From Candidatus Omnitrophota bacterium (GTDB taxonomy: Bacteria; Omnitrophota; Gorgyraeia; B26-G9): a DNA stretch of 64,000 bases. Shown in pieces: positions 37,837-47,879 of this stretch (its first letter is position 1; each line of letters opens with the position of its first letter). The stretch spans positions 8,557 through 72,556 of the forward strand of contig JAZDHZ010000035.1 in the NCBI GenBank assembly GCA_043805415.1, in the 5' to 3' direction. The notes under the pieces are model-generated. The model did no database searches. It was not told the DNA's origin and saw only the letters and a list, made by a program, of their open reading frames with translations. The position numbers and the translations under genes were made by a program.

Positions 37837-39087
37837 TTATTTAAAATCTTCTTTCCAAACAACAGGATTTTCAGATTTGGTCATAGCAATTTTTTCACCT
37901 GGCACAATCGCTAAAATATCAAAGAAATCCCATTCATTCTTCATTTGATCAGGCGCTTTCCCCTGCAATACAACACAGCTGGTCACTGCCTGGTGATCAA
38001 ATCCTTTAAAATATTCTTCATCCTTTAATAAAGTGAATTTATGGTCTTCCAGAGCCAGCGCGACCTTTTCTGCTTCAAAAGTACCTGCGCGCTCTACCGC
38101 GTCAGCATACGCGAAAATAGCAACCCACGCTGACGCCGCGGCACTGCCTGGATAACGGCTATAACGTTCCTTAAATTTAGTTACAAACTCCTTTGAACCC
38201 GGGTATTTATCTTCTAACTGCCATTCCCAGATAGATGAACAAAGAACACCCTCCATATATTTGGCGCCCGCGCCTTTAGCCATATTCAGCTCCATTAAAG
38301 GCACAACAATTTTCATATCCGCGCTCAAGCCCATTGCTCCGGCTTGCTGCAGGCAGTTAACCATATCTTTTCCAAACTCAGCCAGGACCAATACATCGGG
38401 TTGGGCTTGCTTTGCTTTTAAAAGATATTTAACAAAACTTTTTTCTCCCAAAGGAGCTAAAACCGTGCCGACTGTTGTTGTTCCCGCGGCTTCTAAAACC
38501 TCGCGGGTAGACTTCTCTACACTCCAGCCCCAAGTATAATCCGCGGTGATATAAAAATATTTTGCTTGTTTTCCATATTTATCCAGCAATGCGCTGGCCA
38601 TTGCCTTTGCCGACTGATGCGCATTATTAAACCAGCGAAAACCATAGCGATTAATTTCCTGCTTGCTGCCTTCAAATCCTGTAGTCGCGTTGGAATGACT
38701 AAGCGCGCACATATAAATTTTCTTGCGTTCTCCAGCCACTTTAATCTGAGCAATCGCTTCAGAACTAGCTGAACCGCCTGTAACCATAACCGCGCCGTGA
38801 ACATCATATAATTCTTCGGCATTTTTTCCTGATAATGCGGCATTAGTTTCACTGTCTTTTGAAATATATACAACTTCCTTACCTAATATTCCGCCTTTTT
38901 TATTTACTTCTTCAATCGCAATTTTATATGCTCTTAATTCATCTTCTCCCTGGTCTTGATATGAACCGGTCAAAGGACAATTTAAACCTATTGTTACAGT
39001 GTCTTGCGCGGCAGCAACAATTTTGACGCTGAAAATAAGACACACCAAAACTAATCCCATTATTACACATACTTTGAATTTAAACAT
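37837..39087 (-). CDS. Branched-chain amino acid/amide-type substrate-binding protein (LivJ/UrtA fold)
   Basis: Signal peptide, IG...PLTG.Y...G, A.EEVN..GGILG, ADYTWG. Confidence 0.88.
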   Translation of the reverse strand: MFKFKVCVIMGLVLVCLIFSVKIVAAAQDTVTIGLNCPLTGSYQDQGEDELRAYKIAIEEVNKKGGILGKEVVYISKDSETNAALSGKNAEELYDVHGAVMVTGGSASSEAIAQIKVAGERKKIYMCALSHSNATTGFEGSKQEINRYGFRWFNNAHQSAKAMASALLDKYGKQAKYFYITADYTWGWSVEKSTREVLEAAGTTTVGTVLAPLGEKSFVKYLLKAKQAQPDVLVLAEFGKDMVNCLQQAGAMGLSADMKIVVPLMELNMAKGAGAKYMEGVLCSSIWEWQLEDKYPGSKEFVTKFKERYSRYPGSAAASAWVAIFAYADAVERAGTFEAEKVALALEDHKFTLLKDEEYFKGFDHQAVTSCVVLQGKAPDQMKNEWDFFDILAIVPGEKIAMTKSENPVVWKEDFK

Positions 39088-39136
39088 TACTCACGCCCCC
39101 CCTTCAGGTTAAAAATAAATTACACTCACTTTATTT

Positions 39137-39165
39137 ATTATAATTCCTATGCTTTTATTTTTCAA
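39137..39165 (-). promoter_or_regulatory. Sigma70-type promoter for the SBP-SBP-MCP unit
   Basis: TTGAAA-17 nt-TATAAT. Confidence 0.6.
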
Positions 39166-39440
39166 GTCTTTTTAACTTTTCCAGCCAAAATAAAATTCTT
39201 ATATTCAGCGATGCCTGAGCATTATCCCGCGCATCAGCTTAATTAAAACTCCGGAATAATAAGGGTTTTAATTTATATTTATTATTATATCTTCTCCGCC
39301 CAGATCAGCAAAAACTAGTTTTAGTAATAAAATCAAGTTACTGCGCGTTGGCTAAATGTTTATTTTTCCTGTTTAAATTGCTTTGAACCAAATATATTGA
39401 TTCCGCTATTTCGCATTTCTATAATCTTAAAACAGTAATT

Positions 39441-39483
39441 AAAAAGTGGACCAATGCGACGCGAAACCAATATTGGCCCACTT
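39441..39483 (-). terminator. Intrinsic terminator after the porin gene
   Basis: Minus strand: AAGTGGGCCAATA...CATTGGTCCACTTTTT. Confidence 0.6.
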
Positions 39484-39491
39484 CTAATTAA

Positions 39492-40673
39492 TTAAAAAGT
39501 ATAGATCACTGAAGCTTGGATACGAGATGCGTCAGCAGCTGTCTCTACGTCTTTATATTTTGTTTCCATGTTGGAAAGCTCAAGACCAAGTTTAACAGCT
39601 TCGTTTAAATTATACAGCACATTTGCGTACATGATTTCATTCTTCGCTTTGCCAGTGAGAGTAGTCAGATAAACATCATCCGGATCATCCACGCCATAGC
39701 CGACATTAAAACTAAAGTCCTCAAACGGTCCAAAAGCAAATGCTAACCAATAACCAGTAGCATCAATGCTTTCCCCGGCAGTAGTGTTGACCCCCTGGCC
39801 AATACCGCCTAAGAAAGTAGAAACATTGGTGCCTGACCAGAATTCAGTTTTAAGACTGATCTTATCTGCCAAAGGCAGGTCAAAATCTAATGCCAATAAA
39901 GAAACATCATAATCTGTAGATGTTGTTTTAGCGGCGTTTGTATATTCTGTTTGCGAACCGCTTGCCGCGGAAATACCAATTGTTGATTTCTTTTCGGTTA
40001 ATAAAGGAAGGGTCAGTGCTACGCGGCCTTCCCAGATCGGCGAAGCATTATCAACTCCGGTATCTACGGTTGAATAGGCTGCGGTAGCTGCGGCATTTCC
40101 GATATTTCTTGCTGCTGCTAACTGAAACAGCAATTTCATATCATTATCCATTTCTATACCCTTGCTTACCCGAACCTGCGGTCTGCGGTACTGAACATTT
40201 CCCTGCCACCACATTACTGAATAGTTAAGCGTAGTTGGGTTTAAGGGAGCAACAACATCCCAGGTCTGACCAGCAAGTAAACTTAAATCCATATCAGTCC
40301 AGTTTACTTCAACATAAGCATGACGCATATACATCTCTGCTTTGTTTTGACCTACGCTGGTATCAAAAAAGTCAACTTCCAATAAGCCATTGGTAATCAT
40401 ATCTTCATAATCAGGTCCGGCAAATTTCAAGCCCAGGCGGGTTTCTGAAGCAGTAAGATTCATGGCAGATATATCTTTCGCTGTGGCTTCACTGGCAACC
40501 CATTGCCCATAGTTACCATTAACAACCTGTGAATCATCCAGCGAGAGATCAGCTTTTATTTTACCATAAAATGTAACATCGTATTTTGATTCTACGCTTG
40601 AAGCAAAAACAATCCCATTGAATCCGATTATTAATAATAGCATTGCTACTATTAACAATGTGTTTCTTGTCAT
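39492..40673 (-). CDS. Outer-membrane porin (DcaP-like)
   Basis: Signal peptide, FYG.IK.D, TRLG, E.DF, RHAY, LLAGQTW, R.PQ.R; C-terminal Y.F. Confidence 0.8.
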   Translation of the reverse strand: MTRNTLLIVAMLLLIIGFNGIVFASSVESKYDVTFYGKIKADLSLDDSQVVNGNYGQWVASEATAKDISAMNLTASETRLGLKFAGPDYEDMITNGLLEVDFFDTSVGQNKAEMYMRHAYVEVNWTDMDLSLLAGQTWDVVAPLNPTTLNYSVMWWQGNVQYRRPQVRVSKGIEMDNDMKLLFQLAAARNIGNAAATAAYSTVDTGVDNASPIWEGRVALTLPLLTEKKSTIGISAASGSQTEYTNAAKTTSTDYDVSLLALDFDLPLADKISLKTEFWSGTNVSTFLGGIGQGVNTTAGESIDATGYWLAFAFGPFEDFSFNVGYGVDDPDDVYLTTLTGKAKNEIMYANVLYNLNEAVKLGLELSNMETKYKDVETAADASRIQASVIYTF

Positions 40674-41055
40674 TTTATCCTCCTTGATAAGATTATTATT
40701 TCTTATTTCAATATTTAGACTTGAAGCAACACATTAAATAACTGTTAGCGCCAACACTTACTAGCTTGGATATTAATTTTACCCCCCCCTTCTTAAACAG
40801 ATTAAGGTTGCCATGATAATTAGTTTACTTTTATTCTATTATTTATATAATATCAGCATATAATAATTATTGTCAAGTTTTTTTATCTTTAGTAAAAGTT
40901 TGTACTGAAATATCTAATTATTATTTTACTTTTTGTTCTCCTTTAATAATAGCGGAGGACCGCGCGGTTTTTAAATTTATCCCCATCCCCAAATAGTCTA
41001 ATATTTCCTTTTTAATAATTATTATTATCCAGCTCTGCTGAAAAAACTTTATAAT

Positions 41056-41439
41056 TTATTCATTCAATGCTTTTTGCGCTATTTCCAGTAATTCACCTTC
41101 AAGAAACGGCTTATACAGCTGATATGTCCTTCCCCCGGCATCAACAAATTCCATTTCCTTAAATATGGGATCCTTATCCGTGTTTCCAGTCATAAAGATC
41201 ATTGTCGCGCTTTTATTCATTGCCTTTATCGCTTGACAAGTTTGAATGCCGTCTTTTCCCGGCAAAACAAGATCTATAAAAACAAGATCATATTCATTTT
41301 TATTGATCATTTCCAAAGCTTGATCAGCATCATAAGCACTGTCTACCTGATAGCCATGTTCTCCGAGCTCTTTTTCAAATGCGCGGCAAATAATATGTTC
41401 ATCATCTATAACCAGGACTTTTTTCCCTGTGTTCAGCAC
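41056..41439 (-). CDS. Single-domain response regulator (CheY-like)
   Basis: VLVIDDE, DLVLPG.DG, MTG, KPF. Confidence 0.9.
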   Translation of the reverse strand: MLNTGKKVLVIDDEHIICRAFEKELGEHGYQVDSAYDADQALEMINKNEYDLVFIDLVLPGKDGIQTCQAIKAMNKSATMIFMTGNTDKDPIFKEMEFVDAGGRTYQLYKPFLEGELLEIAQKALNE

Positions 41440-41816
41440 CCATGCCCCCTTTCAAAAAAATCTGTTGTGATTCTTACGATATCTTCTCCGCCAAAAGGTT
41501 TTTCCATGATTTCCAAACAGCCTCCCAGAGAATCAAACACTACCCGCCTTTCTTTTAGCTTGGATAAATACCCGGACATAAGCACTATTTTCATATCAGC
41601 ATTTTCCGTTTTTAGCTGTTTGCATACTTCCACCCCATCAATCCCCGGTAAAATTAAATCCACCAGAGCCATTTTAAATTTATTTTTTTTCGCTAAGGCC
41701 AAGGCTTCTTCTCCTGTTGCCGCCAAGCCTACTTCATAGCCTTCCATTTCCAGAATTTTCTGTGCCGCACGGCAAACAATTCTTTCATCATCAACAACCA
41801 AAACTTTATTCTCCAT
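41433..41816 (-). CDS. Single-domain response regulator (CheY-like)
   Basis: VLVVDDE, DLILPGIDG, MSG, KPF. Start set at ATG 41816 (ORF open to 41840). Confidence 0.9.
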   Translation of the reverse strand: MENKVLVVDDERIVCRAAQKILEMEGYEVGLAATGEEALALAKKNKFKMALVDLILPGIDGVEVCKQLKTENADMKIVLMSGYLSKLKERRVVFDSLGGCLEIMEKPFGGEDIVRITTDFFERGHGC

Positions 41817-41817
41817 A

Positions 41818-42207
41818 CTAGCACCCCTTCCTTTTTTCAATAAGAATAGTTGTTATTGTATCTTTTAATTCTCCAGGGCTTAAAGGTTTGCGCAGAAAAA
41901 AATCACGCCCGCCGGCTTTGATAAACTCCATCCAATTCTTCTGCATTTCCTCATGATAGCCGGACATAAGCACCACTTCAGTCCGCTGACTTATTTTTTT
42001 TATTTCTTCACACAATTCAAGGCCGTTTAATCCCGGCATAATAAGATCAGTGAGAATAATATCAAACTGTTCATTATTTGCTTTTTCAATCGCTTCAGCC
42101 GCGGATGAAACAGTGATAACACTATAATCCTGATCTTCTAATTCTTTTTTATAAGCGCGTAAAACGATTTTTTCATCGTCAACTATCATTATTTTGGCCT
42201 TACACAC
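41818..42207 (-). CDS. Single-domain response regulator (CheY-like)
   Basis: IMIVDDE, DLIMPGLNG, MSG, KPL. Confidence 0.9.
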   Translation of the reverse strand: MCKAKIMIVDDEKIVLRAYKKELEDQDYSVITVSSAAEAIEKANNEQFDIILTDLIMPGLNGLELCEEIKKISQRTEVVLMSGYHEEMQKNWMEFIKAGGRDFFLRKPLSPGELKDTITTILIEKRKGC

Positions 42208-42221
42208 ATAAGTTCCTTTCT

Positions 42222-45200
42222 TTAATTTGCTGGAAATCTAATTGTAAAAATCGTACCCTGGCCTTCTTTACTATTAACAGCAATCGTTCCTTTGTGATTT
42301 TCTACGATTTTGTATACAATCGATAAACCCAGTCCCACTCCGCCGCCAGGCCGCTTTGTGGTAAAAAACGGGTCAAATATTTTTTTCAAATTCTCTTGGG
42401 GAATTCCCGTTCCCCTATCTTCAAACAGCATCTCCACATAAGACTTACCCGCAATCTTTATATTATGCGTAGCTATTCTGAACACTCCATTTGCAAAAGA
42501 AGCGTCACAGGCATTACTCATCATATTTATTATAATCTGCTGAATCTGATTTTCATTAGCAGTTATTTTCCATAAATCAGGCTCAAGCGCGGTTTCTATT
42601 CCTACTCCCTTTTGCTTGAGCTGATATGCCGTAAAACTCAGAGTTGTTTGTATCGCTTCATTGCAATCAACCTCTTCTACTTCGCCGGTTGACTGCCGAG
42701 AAAAAGTATTTAGTCCCTTGATTATTTTCGCCATGTGCTCAGAAGCTTTTTCCATTTCCGCCAAGTCCGCGTATTCTACGCTGTTTGGGTCTTTCTCCTT
42801 TTTATATGAGCGAAGCAAGCTTAATATTCCGGCCAAGGGACTGTTTAACTCATGAGCTACTCCTGCGCCAAGCTGTCCAAGGCTGGCCAGTTTTTCCGCC
42901 TGCATCAGCTGTTCCTGGATTAATTTAAGTGTTTGATTGGCTTTTAATAATTCCTCGGCTTTTTGTTTTTCGACTCTAGCCGCGGCTTGGGCGGCAAAAA
43001 TCTCTTTTTCCTGCTGTTCTATTTTTTTATCCTCAGTCACATCGTCATAGACTGAAATAAGTTCGCCACTAGCCACTTTATATACATAATTCCGTCTCCA
43101 GCCCTCAATCCTGCTGTCTTTATAAATTTTATCCGCCAAACGCTCTGGGGTTCCGGTTAGAAATACCCGTTTCAGAACATCTAAAAGCCCAAATTCCCGC
43201 GCCCCGGGAAAAACTTCGGTTACCCGCTTGCCAATCACATCCGCTTTGCTGATCTTTTCAATTATTTCTCCGGCTTTATTAAAATCTTGAAAAATAAAAT
43301 CAGCGCCATTCTCAATCGCTTTAAATATTGCTACACCGCTGCTCATATTATCAACTAATTGCTGAAATTGCTTATTATTTTCAATTAAAGCTGCTTCGGC
43401 TTTTTTCCGTTCGCTGATAAACCGCGCCTGCTGGATATTCTGATAAGCCGCCGAAGACAGCAGATTCGCCATTACAAACAAAGTATCCGCCACATTTTGA
43501 AACTGAGTTTTCGACATTACCGGGACTTCTTCAAAAGCTCTCATAAACTCTTCAGGGTCAGCGCCTATTTCATAAGCATATTTTTTTATTTTATTTTTTT
43601 CCTGCTCTTCATTTCTAACCTGTCCAATCAGCCAATTGGCAATGTGTTTTCCGCCAACTGTAATACTCGCTCCGGCATCCCATAATCCAGCGCTTAAACA
43701 GGCCTGTATAGTTGCGCCTTTCTCACTATACTTGCCAATAACCGCGTCAGAGTGCAAACAATTTATCAAGCCTTTTTCGGTTTTTCGGATAATATCTTTG
43801 CAAAGCCGGCAAAAATTACTCGGCTGGGTTATCGGCATTCCATCAGTTTGCGTAATAATCGAAGCAACATTAGCTGATTTAGCAAAAAGATCCTGCAGCT
43901 CTTGGATTTCTTTAATATTAAATAAAACATCAAAATCAATGCCTTCTGCTTCATTCAGCGGCTGTGCCATGGCAATAATCCGTTTTTCCAAAGCTGTTTC
44001 CAGTAATTTGCGCGGAGTAATATCAAGCCCGTAAATATTAATATAATGCTGTTCTAATATAGGGGTAAGTGTCAGCAAAAATGTTTTTTCCTTGCATTTT
44101 TTTTCCACAGTCTTGATTTTACCAGAAGCGTATGTTTGCGCTATAATATCCAAAAGGTCTTTATCTAATCCTTGTTTAATACTCCATGCTTCTAAACAAT
44201 GTTTTGCGCCTTTATTGGCATACATAATTTCTCCCCGCGCGGAAAACCGCATTACCGGACTGGGGTTTTCCTCGGGAAATTTGGCTAAATTATTTATCAA
44301 CTCTTGTGTTTTTTTGCGATGGGTAATATCAAGAATAAGACATATCCCCTGATCATTGCGCTCATTTAAAGTCGTTACTCCGATAAGAATCGGTATTCTT
44401 GTGTTGTTTTTATGAATATATTCTTTTTCAAACGGGATGATTGTTTCCTGTTTTTGAAGCAATTTCAGCATGCGCTCATCTTGTGCTAAATATTCAGGCG
44501 GAGTTATTGCCCGCCAGTTTATTTTTCCTTCAATCAGCTCTTGCTTTGTATATCCCACCATATCCAGAAAAGCTTTATTCGCGTCGCTTATCCGGCCCTG
44601 GGCATCCCAGAAAAAAATGCCGAACATATTTGAATCAACTATTCTTCTTAACCGCTCCTGGTTTTCCAGTACGGATTCTTCTGCCTTTTTGATTTCAGTA
44701 ATATCCTGAAAAGTGCCTCTTAATTTAATAACTTTTCCGTGTTTTTTTACAACTTCGCCAATCGCTCTGACCCATTTTAAATTACCTTTTTTTGTTTTAA
44801 ACTGAGCATCAAACCGCATCGGCTGCTCAGTTTCAGCCAAGTCCCGCATCTTTTTAGCAATCATCGCTTGGTATTCCGGAGGATACCATTTAACATGTTC
44901 ATTTATATCCGGAATAGGCTCATCATAATCCAGCTCAACTATATCATAAGTTCCTTTTGTCCAGGTTGGTTTGCCGCCTTGCTCAAGATCAAATTCCCAA
45001 CCGCCGATTTTCGCGATCTCCCCTACTTTATTTAATAACCTTTGTCTTTCCTCTAAACTTTCCGCGGTTTTTTTGCTCTCGGTAATATCCGTATGCGCGG
45101 CAACAATAACTTCCCCATACTCCCCATGCGCAAACACTGACACATTAGCATGCGATAAGAAGCGTTCACCATTCTTTTTTATATTTGCTACTTCCCCTTG

Positions 45201-46151
45201 CCATTTTCCGGTTTCTTTTAACGCGGCAATAATCTCTTCCGCTCTTTTTTGCGGGTCAGTATCCGCCGGGTCATTAACAATTGAAACATGCTTGCCGATC
45301 ATCTCCCTGGAATCATATCCAAATAGCCGTTCGAAAGCCTGATTAGTATAAATAATTTCCCCATTATCCATTCGGACCAGATAAACCGCTTCCGTGGTAT
45401 TATTAATTATTGCTGAATTAAGCAGCAGCTGGGTTTCAGTTTGTTTACGTAGATTTATATCTAACAATATGCCTTCCAGATACTTAAGTTCTCCGTCAGG
45501 TAAAAAAATCCCTCTGCCTTGTTCATGAATCCAGCATTCCTCTCCGTTTTTCTTCCGGATGCGATACTCAAAGACATAATCGGTTTTATCTGCCAAGGCT
45601 TGACTGACTTTTTGCCTGACCATATCCCTGTCAAGGGGATAAATCATATTTTTAAAATTGTATTTTTTGCTGATAAAATCATCGGCAGTATAGCCGCAAA
45701 GATTTTCAATCCCCCCGCTGATATATTGCATTGTCCACTCCGCGTCATTATTACAGCGATATACTACTCCGGCGAGATTATCGACTAAAGTTTTAATTTC
45801 AATTTCTGATTCATATTTTTTGTCTTGCAGCTGCTCTTCCCTTGCTCTGTTTTCCAGAATTACCGCGAGCATTTTGATAAGATTCCGGACAACCGCCAAA
45901 AACTCAGGATCTTCTTTTTCCAGATTGCCTTTTATTTGAAAATACCCAAAGTTGCTCTCATAAGTCGATATCGCCGCCAATTCCCCGGTTTTATTTTTAT
46001 TATCCTCAAAATAAACAATCTCCAGGCCAATATCCCGCGAATTAATCGCCTCAACAAATAATTCAATAATCCGCTGCTTTTCTTTTAATTGCCCGAGATT
46101 AAGGAACAGCAGTAAAAACTCATGGATTATAACGGATTTATCTTTTGACAT
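42222..46151 (-). CDS. Cytoplasmic multi-PAS + PocR sensor histidine kinase
   Basis: Several PAS/PAC repeats; PocR (FC.LC...C..SD...C..GL.D....I.VGG.H.ANWL.GQ); H-box GVAHELNSPL; FDPFFTTK; GLGL. Confidence 0.92.
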   Translation of the reverse strand: MSKDKSVIIHEFLLLFLNLGQLKEKQRIIELFVEAINSRDIGLEIVYFEDNKNKTGELAAISTYESNFGYFQIKGNLEKEDPEFLAVVRNLIKMLAVILENRAREEQLQDKKYESEIEIKTLVDNLAGVVYRCNNDAEWTMQYISGGIENLCGYTADDFISKKYNFKNMIYPLDRDMVRQKVSQALADKTDYVFEYRIRKKNGEECWIHEQGRGIFLPDGELKYLEGILLDINLRKQTETQLLLNSAIINNTTEAVYLVRMDNGEIIYTNQAFERLFGYDSREMIGKHVSIVNDPADTDPQKRAEEIIAALKETGKWQGEVANIKKNGERFLSHANVSVFAHGEYGEVIVAAHTDITESKKTAESLEERQRLLNKVGEIAKIGGWEFDLEQGGKPTWTKGTYDIVELDYDEPIPDINEHVKWYPPEYQAMIAKKMRDLAETEQPMRFDAQFKTKKGNLKWVRAIGEVVKKHGKVIKLRGTFQDITEIKKAEESVLENQERLRRIVDSNMFGIFFWDAQGRISDANKAFLDMVGYTKQELIEGKINWRAITPPEYLAQDERMLKLLQKQETIIPFEKEYIHKNNTRIPILIGVTTLNERNDQGICLILDITHRKKTQELINNLAKFPEENPSPVMRFSARGEIMYANKGAKHCLEAWSIKQGLDKDLLDIIAQTYASGKIKTVEKKCKEKTFLLTLTPILEQHYINIYGLDITPRKLLETALEKRIIAMAQPLNEAEGIDFDVLFNIKEIQELQDLFAKSANVASIITQTDGMPITQPSNFCRLCKDIIRKTEKGLINCLHSDAVIGKYSEKGATIQACLSAGLWDAGASITVGGKHIANWLIGQVRNEEQEKNKIKKYAYEIGADPEEFMRAFEEVPVMSKTQFQNVADTLFVMANLLSSAAYQNIQQARFISERKKAEAALIENNKQFQQLVDNMSSGVAIFKAIENGADFIFQDFNKAGEIIEKISKADVIGKRVTEVFPGAREFGLLDVLKRVFLTGTPERLADKIYKDSRIEGWRRNYVYKVASGELISVYDDVTEDKKIEQQEKEIFAAQAAARVEKQKAEELLKANQTLKLIQEQLMQAEKLASLGQLGAGVAHELNSPLAGILSLLRSYKKEKDPNSVEYADLAEMEKASEHMAKIIKGLNTFSRQSTGEVEEVDCNEAIQTTLSFTAYQLKQKGVGIETALEPDLWKITANENQIQQIIINMMSNACDASFANGVFRIATHNIKIAGKSYVEMLFEDRGTGIPQENLKKIFDPFFTTKRPGGGVGLGLSIVYKIVENHKGTIAVNSKEGQGTIFTIRFPAN

Positions 46152-46173
46152 TGACTGGCTTTCTTGTTTAGTT

Positions 46174-46824
46174 TTATTTTTTTAAAAACTTCGGAGCGTG
46201 TTTTGCTAAATAAATATCCGGGTTTACATAATAAGGGTTTTCCGTGATTACTCTGCCGCTGATTGTGTAAGGATGCGTCCTTAATACACCCATGATTATA
46301 TCACCGGAAAATTTTCTAAGATCATACATGCAGAGACCTATCCAGGGCTTTCCGGAAATAAAATAATTAAGCCTGGATTCATAAGCAAGTAAATTTTCTT
46401 TTCCCTGGACAGCTTCCAGGGCCCAGCTCATCGCCCCTATCGTCCGGAGATTTCTTTTGCCGTTTTTCTGGCTTTGACTGTAAAAAGAATTTAGATTCCT
46501 CTCTATATCCTCCAGCGAAAACTTACCGGCGGGATAATAACAATCTTTCGCGGAAACAAACTTAAATACATCTTTGTTTTTTGTCTTGGCAGCGCAGCAA
46601 GGATATTGCTTGGAAAACTTTGTTTCAAATATATCCTGCGTCATTTCGCAAAAACAGTAAAGCTGCAAATCGCCATCTTCCGCTCCCTGATGTAAAAACC
46701 CAAAGAGAATATCATCTCTTTCTTTTTCAGTCGCGTACAAAGCCGCGATATGCAAGCCCCAATTACAGCTATAGCCGCCAAATCCCAGGTCAACTTTTTC
46801 CTGATTAGACGTCTTAATATACAT
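46174..46824 (-). CDS. MEDS-domain protein
   Basis: G.H...LY....E, R..G.MSW, YES.LN, C.YD...F......VL.THP. Confidence 0.85.
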   Translation of the reverse strand: MYIKTSNQEKVDLGFGGYSCNWGLHIAALYATEKERDDILFGFLHQGAEDGDLQLYCFCEMTQDIFETKFSKQYPCCAAKTKNKDVFKFVSAKDCYYPAGKFSLEDIERNLNSFYSQSQKNGKRNLRTIGAMSWALEAVQGKENLLAYESRLNYFISGKPWIGLCMYDLRKFSGDIIMGVLRTHPYTISGRVITENPYYVNPDIYLAKHAPKFLKK

Positions 46825-46835
46825 AGCCCCCCCTA

Positions 46836-46873
46836 AAAAATAAAAGACAGCCTTTTAAATGCAAAGCTGTCCT
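46836..46873 (-). terminator. Intrinsic terminator in the leader of the MEDS-kinase operon
   Basis: Minus strand: AAGGACAGCTTT-GCATTTA-AAGGCTGTCTTT followed by TATTTTTT, just before the RBS. Confidence 0.65.
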
Positions 46874-46929
46874 TCCTATACCTGCCTGATCCTGCATTCA
46901 AAAAAACATCCTGACAAAATCCATATATT

Positions 46930-46958
46930 AATCTATTCCTTTGCTTGAGATAAGTCAA
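46930..46958 (-). promoter_or_regulatory. Sigma70-type promoter
   Basis: TTGACT-17 nt-TAGATT. Confidence 0.55.
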
Positions 46959-47055
46959 GCAAAAAGCAGGGGTAATTAAGCGCTCAATCCTAGTCTCAAT
47001 CATAACTTAACTCTTTAGTCTTGTTATCCTGCTCAGAAAGCCTAGACTTCAAAGC

Positions 47056-47093
47056 AATAAATCCCACCCTTTTTACAAAGAGTGGGATTTATT
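47056..47093 (-). terminator. Hairpin terminator
   Basis: AATAAATCCCAC...GTGGGATTTATT, downstream of 47114..47317. Confidence 0.7.
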
Positions 47094-47113
47094 ATTTACT
47101 TTTTATATTCTGT

Positions 47114-47317
47114 TTAACTTTTATGCGTTAAACAAATCTTATATTCTCCATTAGCTTCTATTTTAACATGCCCTTCGCGAGCAAGCCAGCCAAGACTCAT
47201 CAGAACTATTTGCTTTGGCTGTTTTATACCATCAATAAGTTTAGACAGTTTTATCGTTCCGTTTTCGTCTAAAAAGTGCCAAATATCTCCTGCCACAATT
47301 CCTATCTCTAGTATCAT
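47114..47317 (-). CDS. Small winged-helix protein (DUF2582-like)
   Basis: IG..AG.IW..L...LGWLAREG motif. Confidence 0.85.
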   Translation of the reverse strand: MILEIGIVAGDIWHFLDENGTIKLSKLIDGIKQPKQIVLMSLGWLAREGHVKIEANGEYKICLTHKS

Positions 47318-47339
47318 TCAAGCCTCCTAAGTATTGTTT

Positions 47340-47531
47340 TTAATCCGCATTATCTTCCTCTGAAAACTCAGCATTGTCAGAATTCCAAGAAGAAAGAGAT
47401 TTAAACCGTACCGGATTCAACCTTACAATCTCAAAATCCTCATCACACTCAGAACAATACACAATTTCACCAACGCTAAAGTTATCACTATCGTCAAGAA
47501 AAGCACGACATGAAGGACATTTCACAACCAT
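47340..47531 (-). CDS. LysW-like zinc-ribbon small acidic protein
   Basis: CPSC...GEIVYCSECD.DFEIV.LNP with an acidic tail; ends EEDNAD rather than EDWGE. Confidence 0.7.
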   Translation of the reverse strand: MVVKCPSCRAFLDDSDNFSVGEIVYCSECDEDFEIVRLNPVRFKSLSSWNSDNAEFSEEDNAD

Positions 47532-47561
47532 TACCGACTCCTTTCAAATTAATAATTTAAA

Positions 47562-47879
47562 CTATTCTGATTCCACATAGTCAAAATCAACTACAACTTT
47601 TTTACCATCAACTGTTTTTACTGTAAGCTCAACACTGTCTCCAGCTTCGATGTTCATGTAATCTCTTAGCTCTTGATCTATTGTCAGGGTTTCATTATTA
47701 ATAACCAACGTACTTCCGTCCTCAGCAACTTCACTAATTACACCCTTTATTGTGGCTTCAGCTGCTTCCGTATCAGTTAAAACTCCAGTGTCGGATACCG
47801 CCTGAGCCCAAATTAAACTACTTCCGCAAAACCCGAGAACCGCGATCAGACTTAATACCATTAAAATTCTTTTAACCAT
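47562..47879 (-). CDS. Small exported acidic OB-fold-like protein
   Basis: Signal peptide; IKG.IS.V......I.AGD.V. Start at ATG 47879 with an AAGGAG RBS. Confidence 0.7.
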   Translation of the reverse strand: MVKRILMVLSLIAVLGFCGSSLIWAQAVSDTGVLTDTEAAEATIKGVISEVAEDGSTLVINNETLTIDQELRDYMNIEAGDSVELTVKTVDGKKVVVDFDYVESE

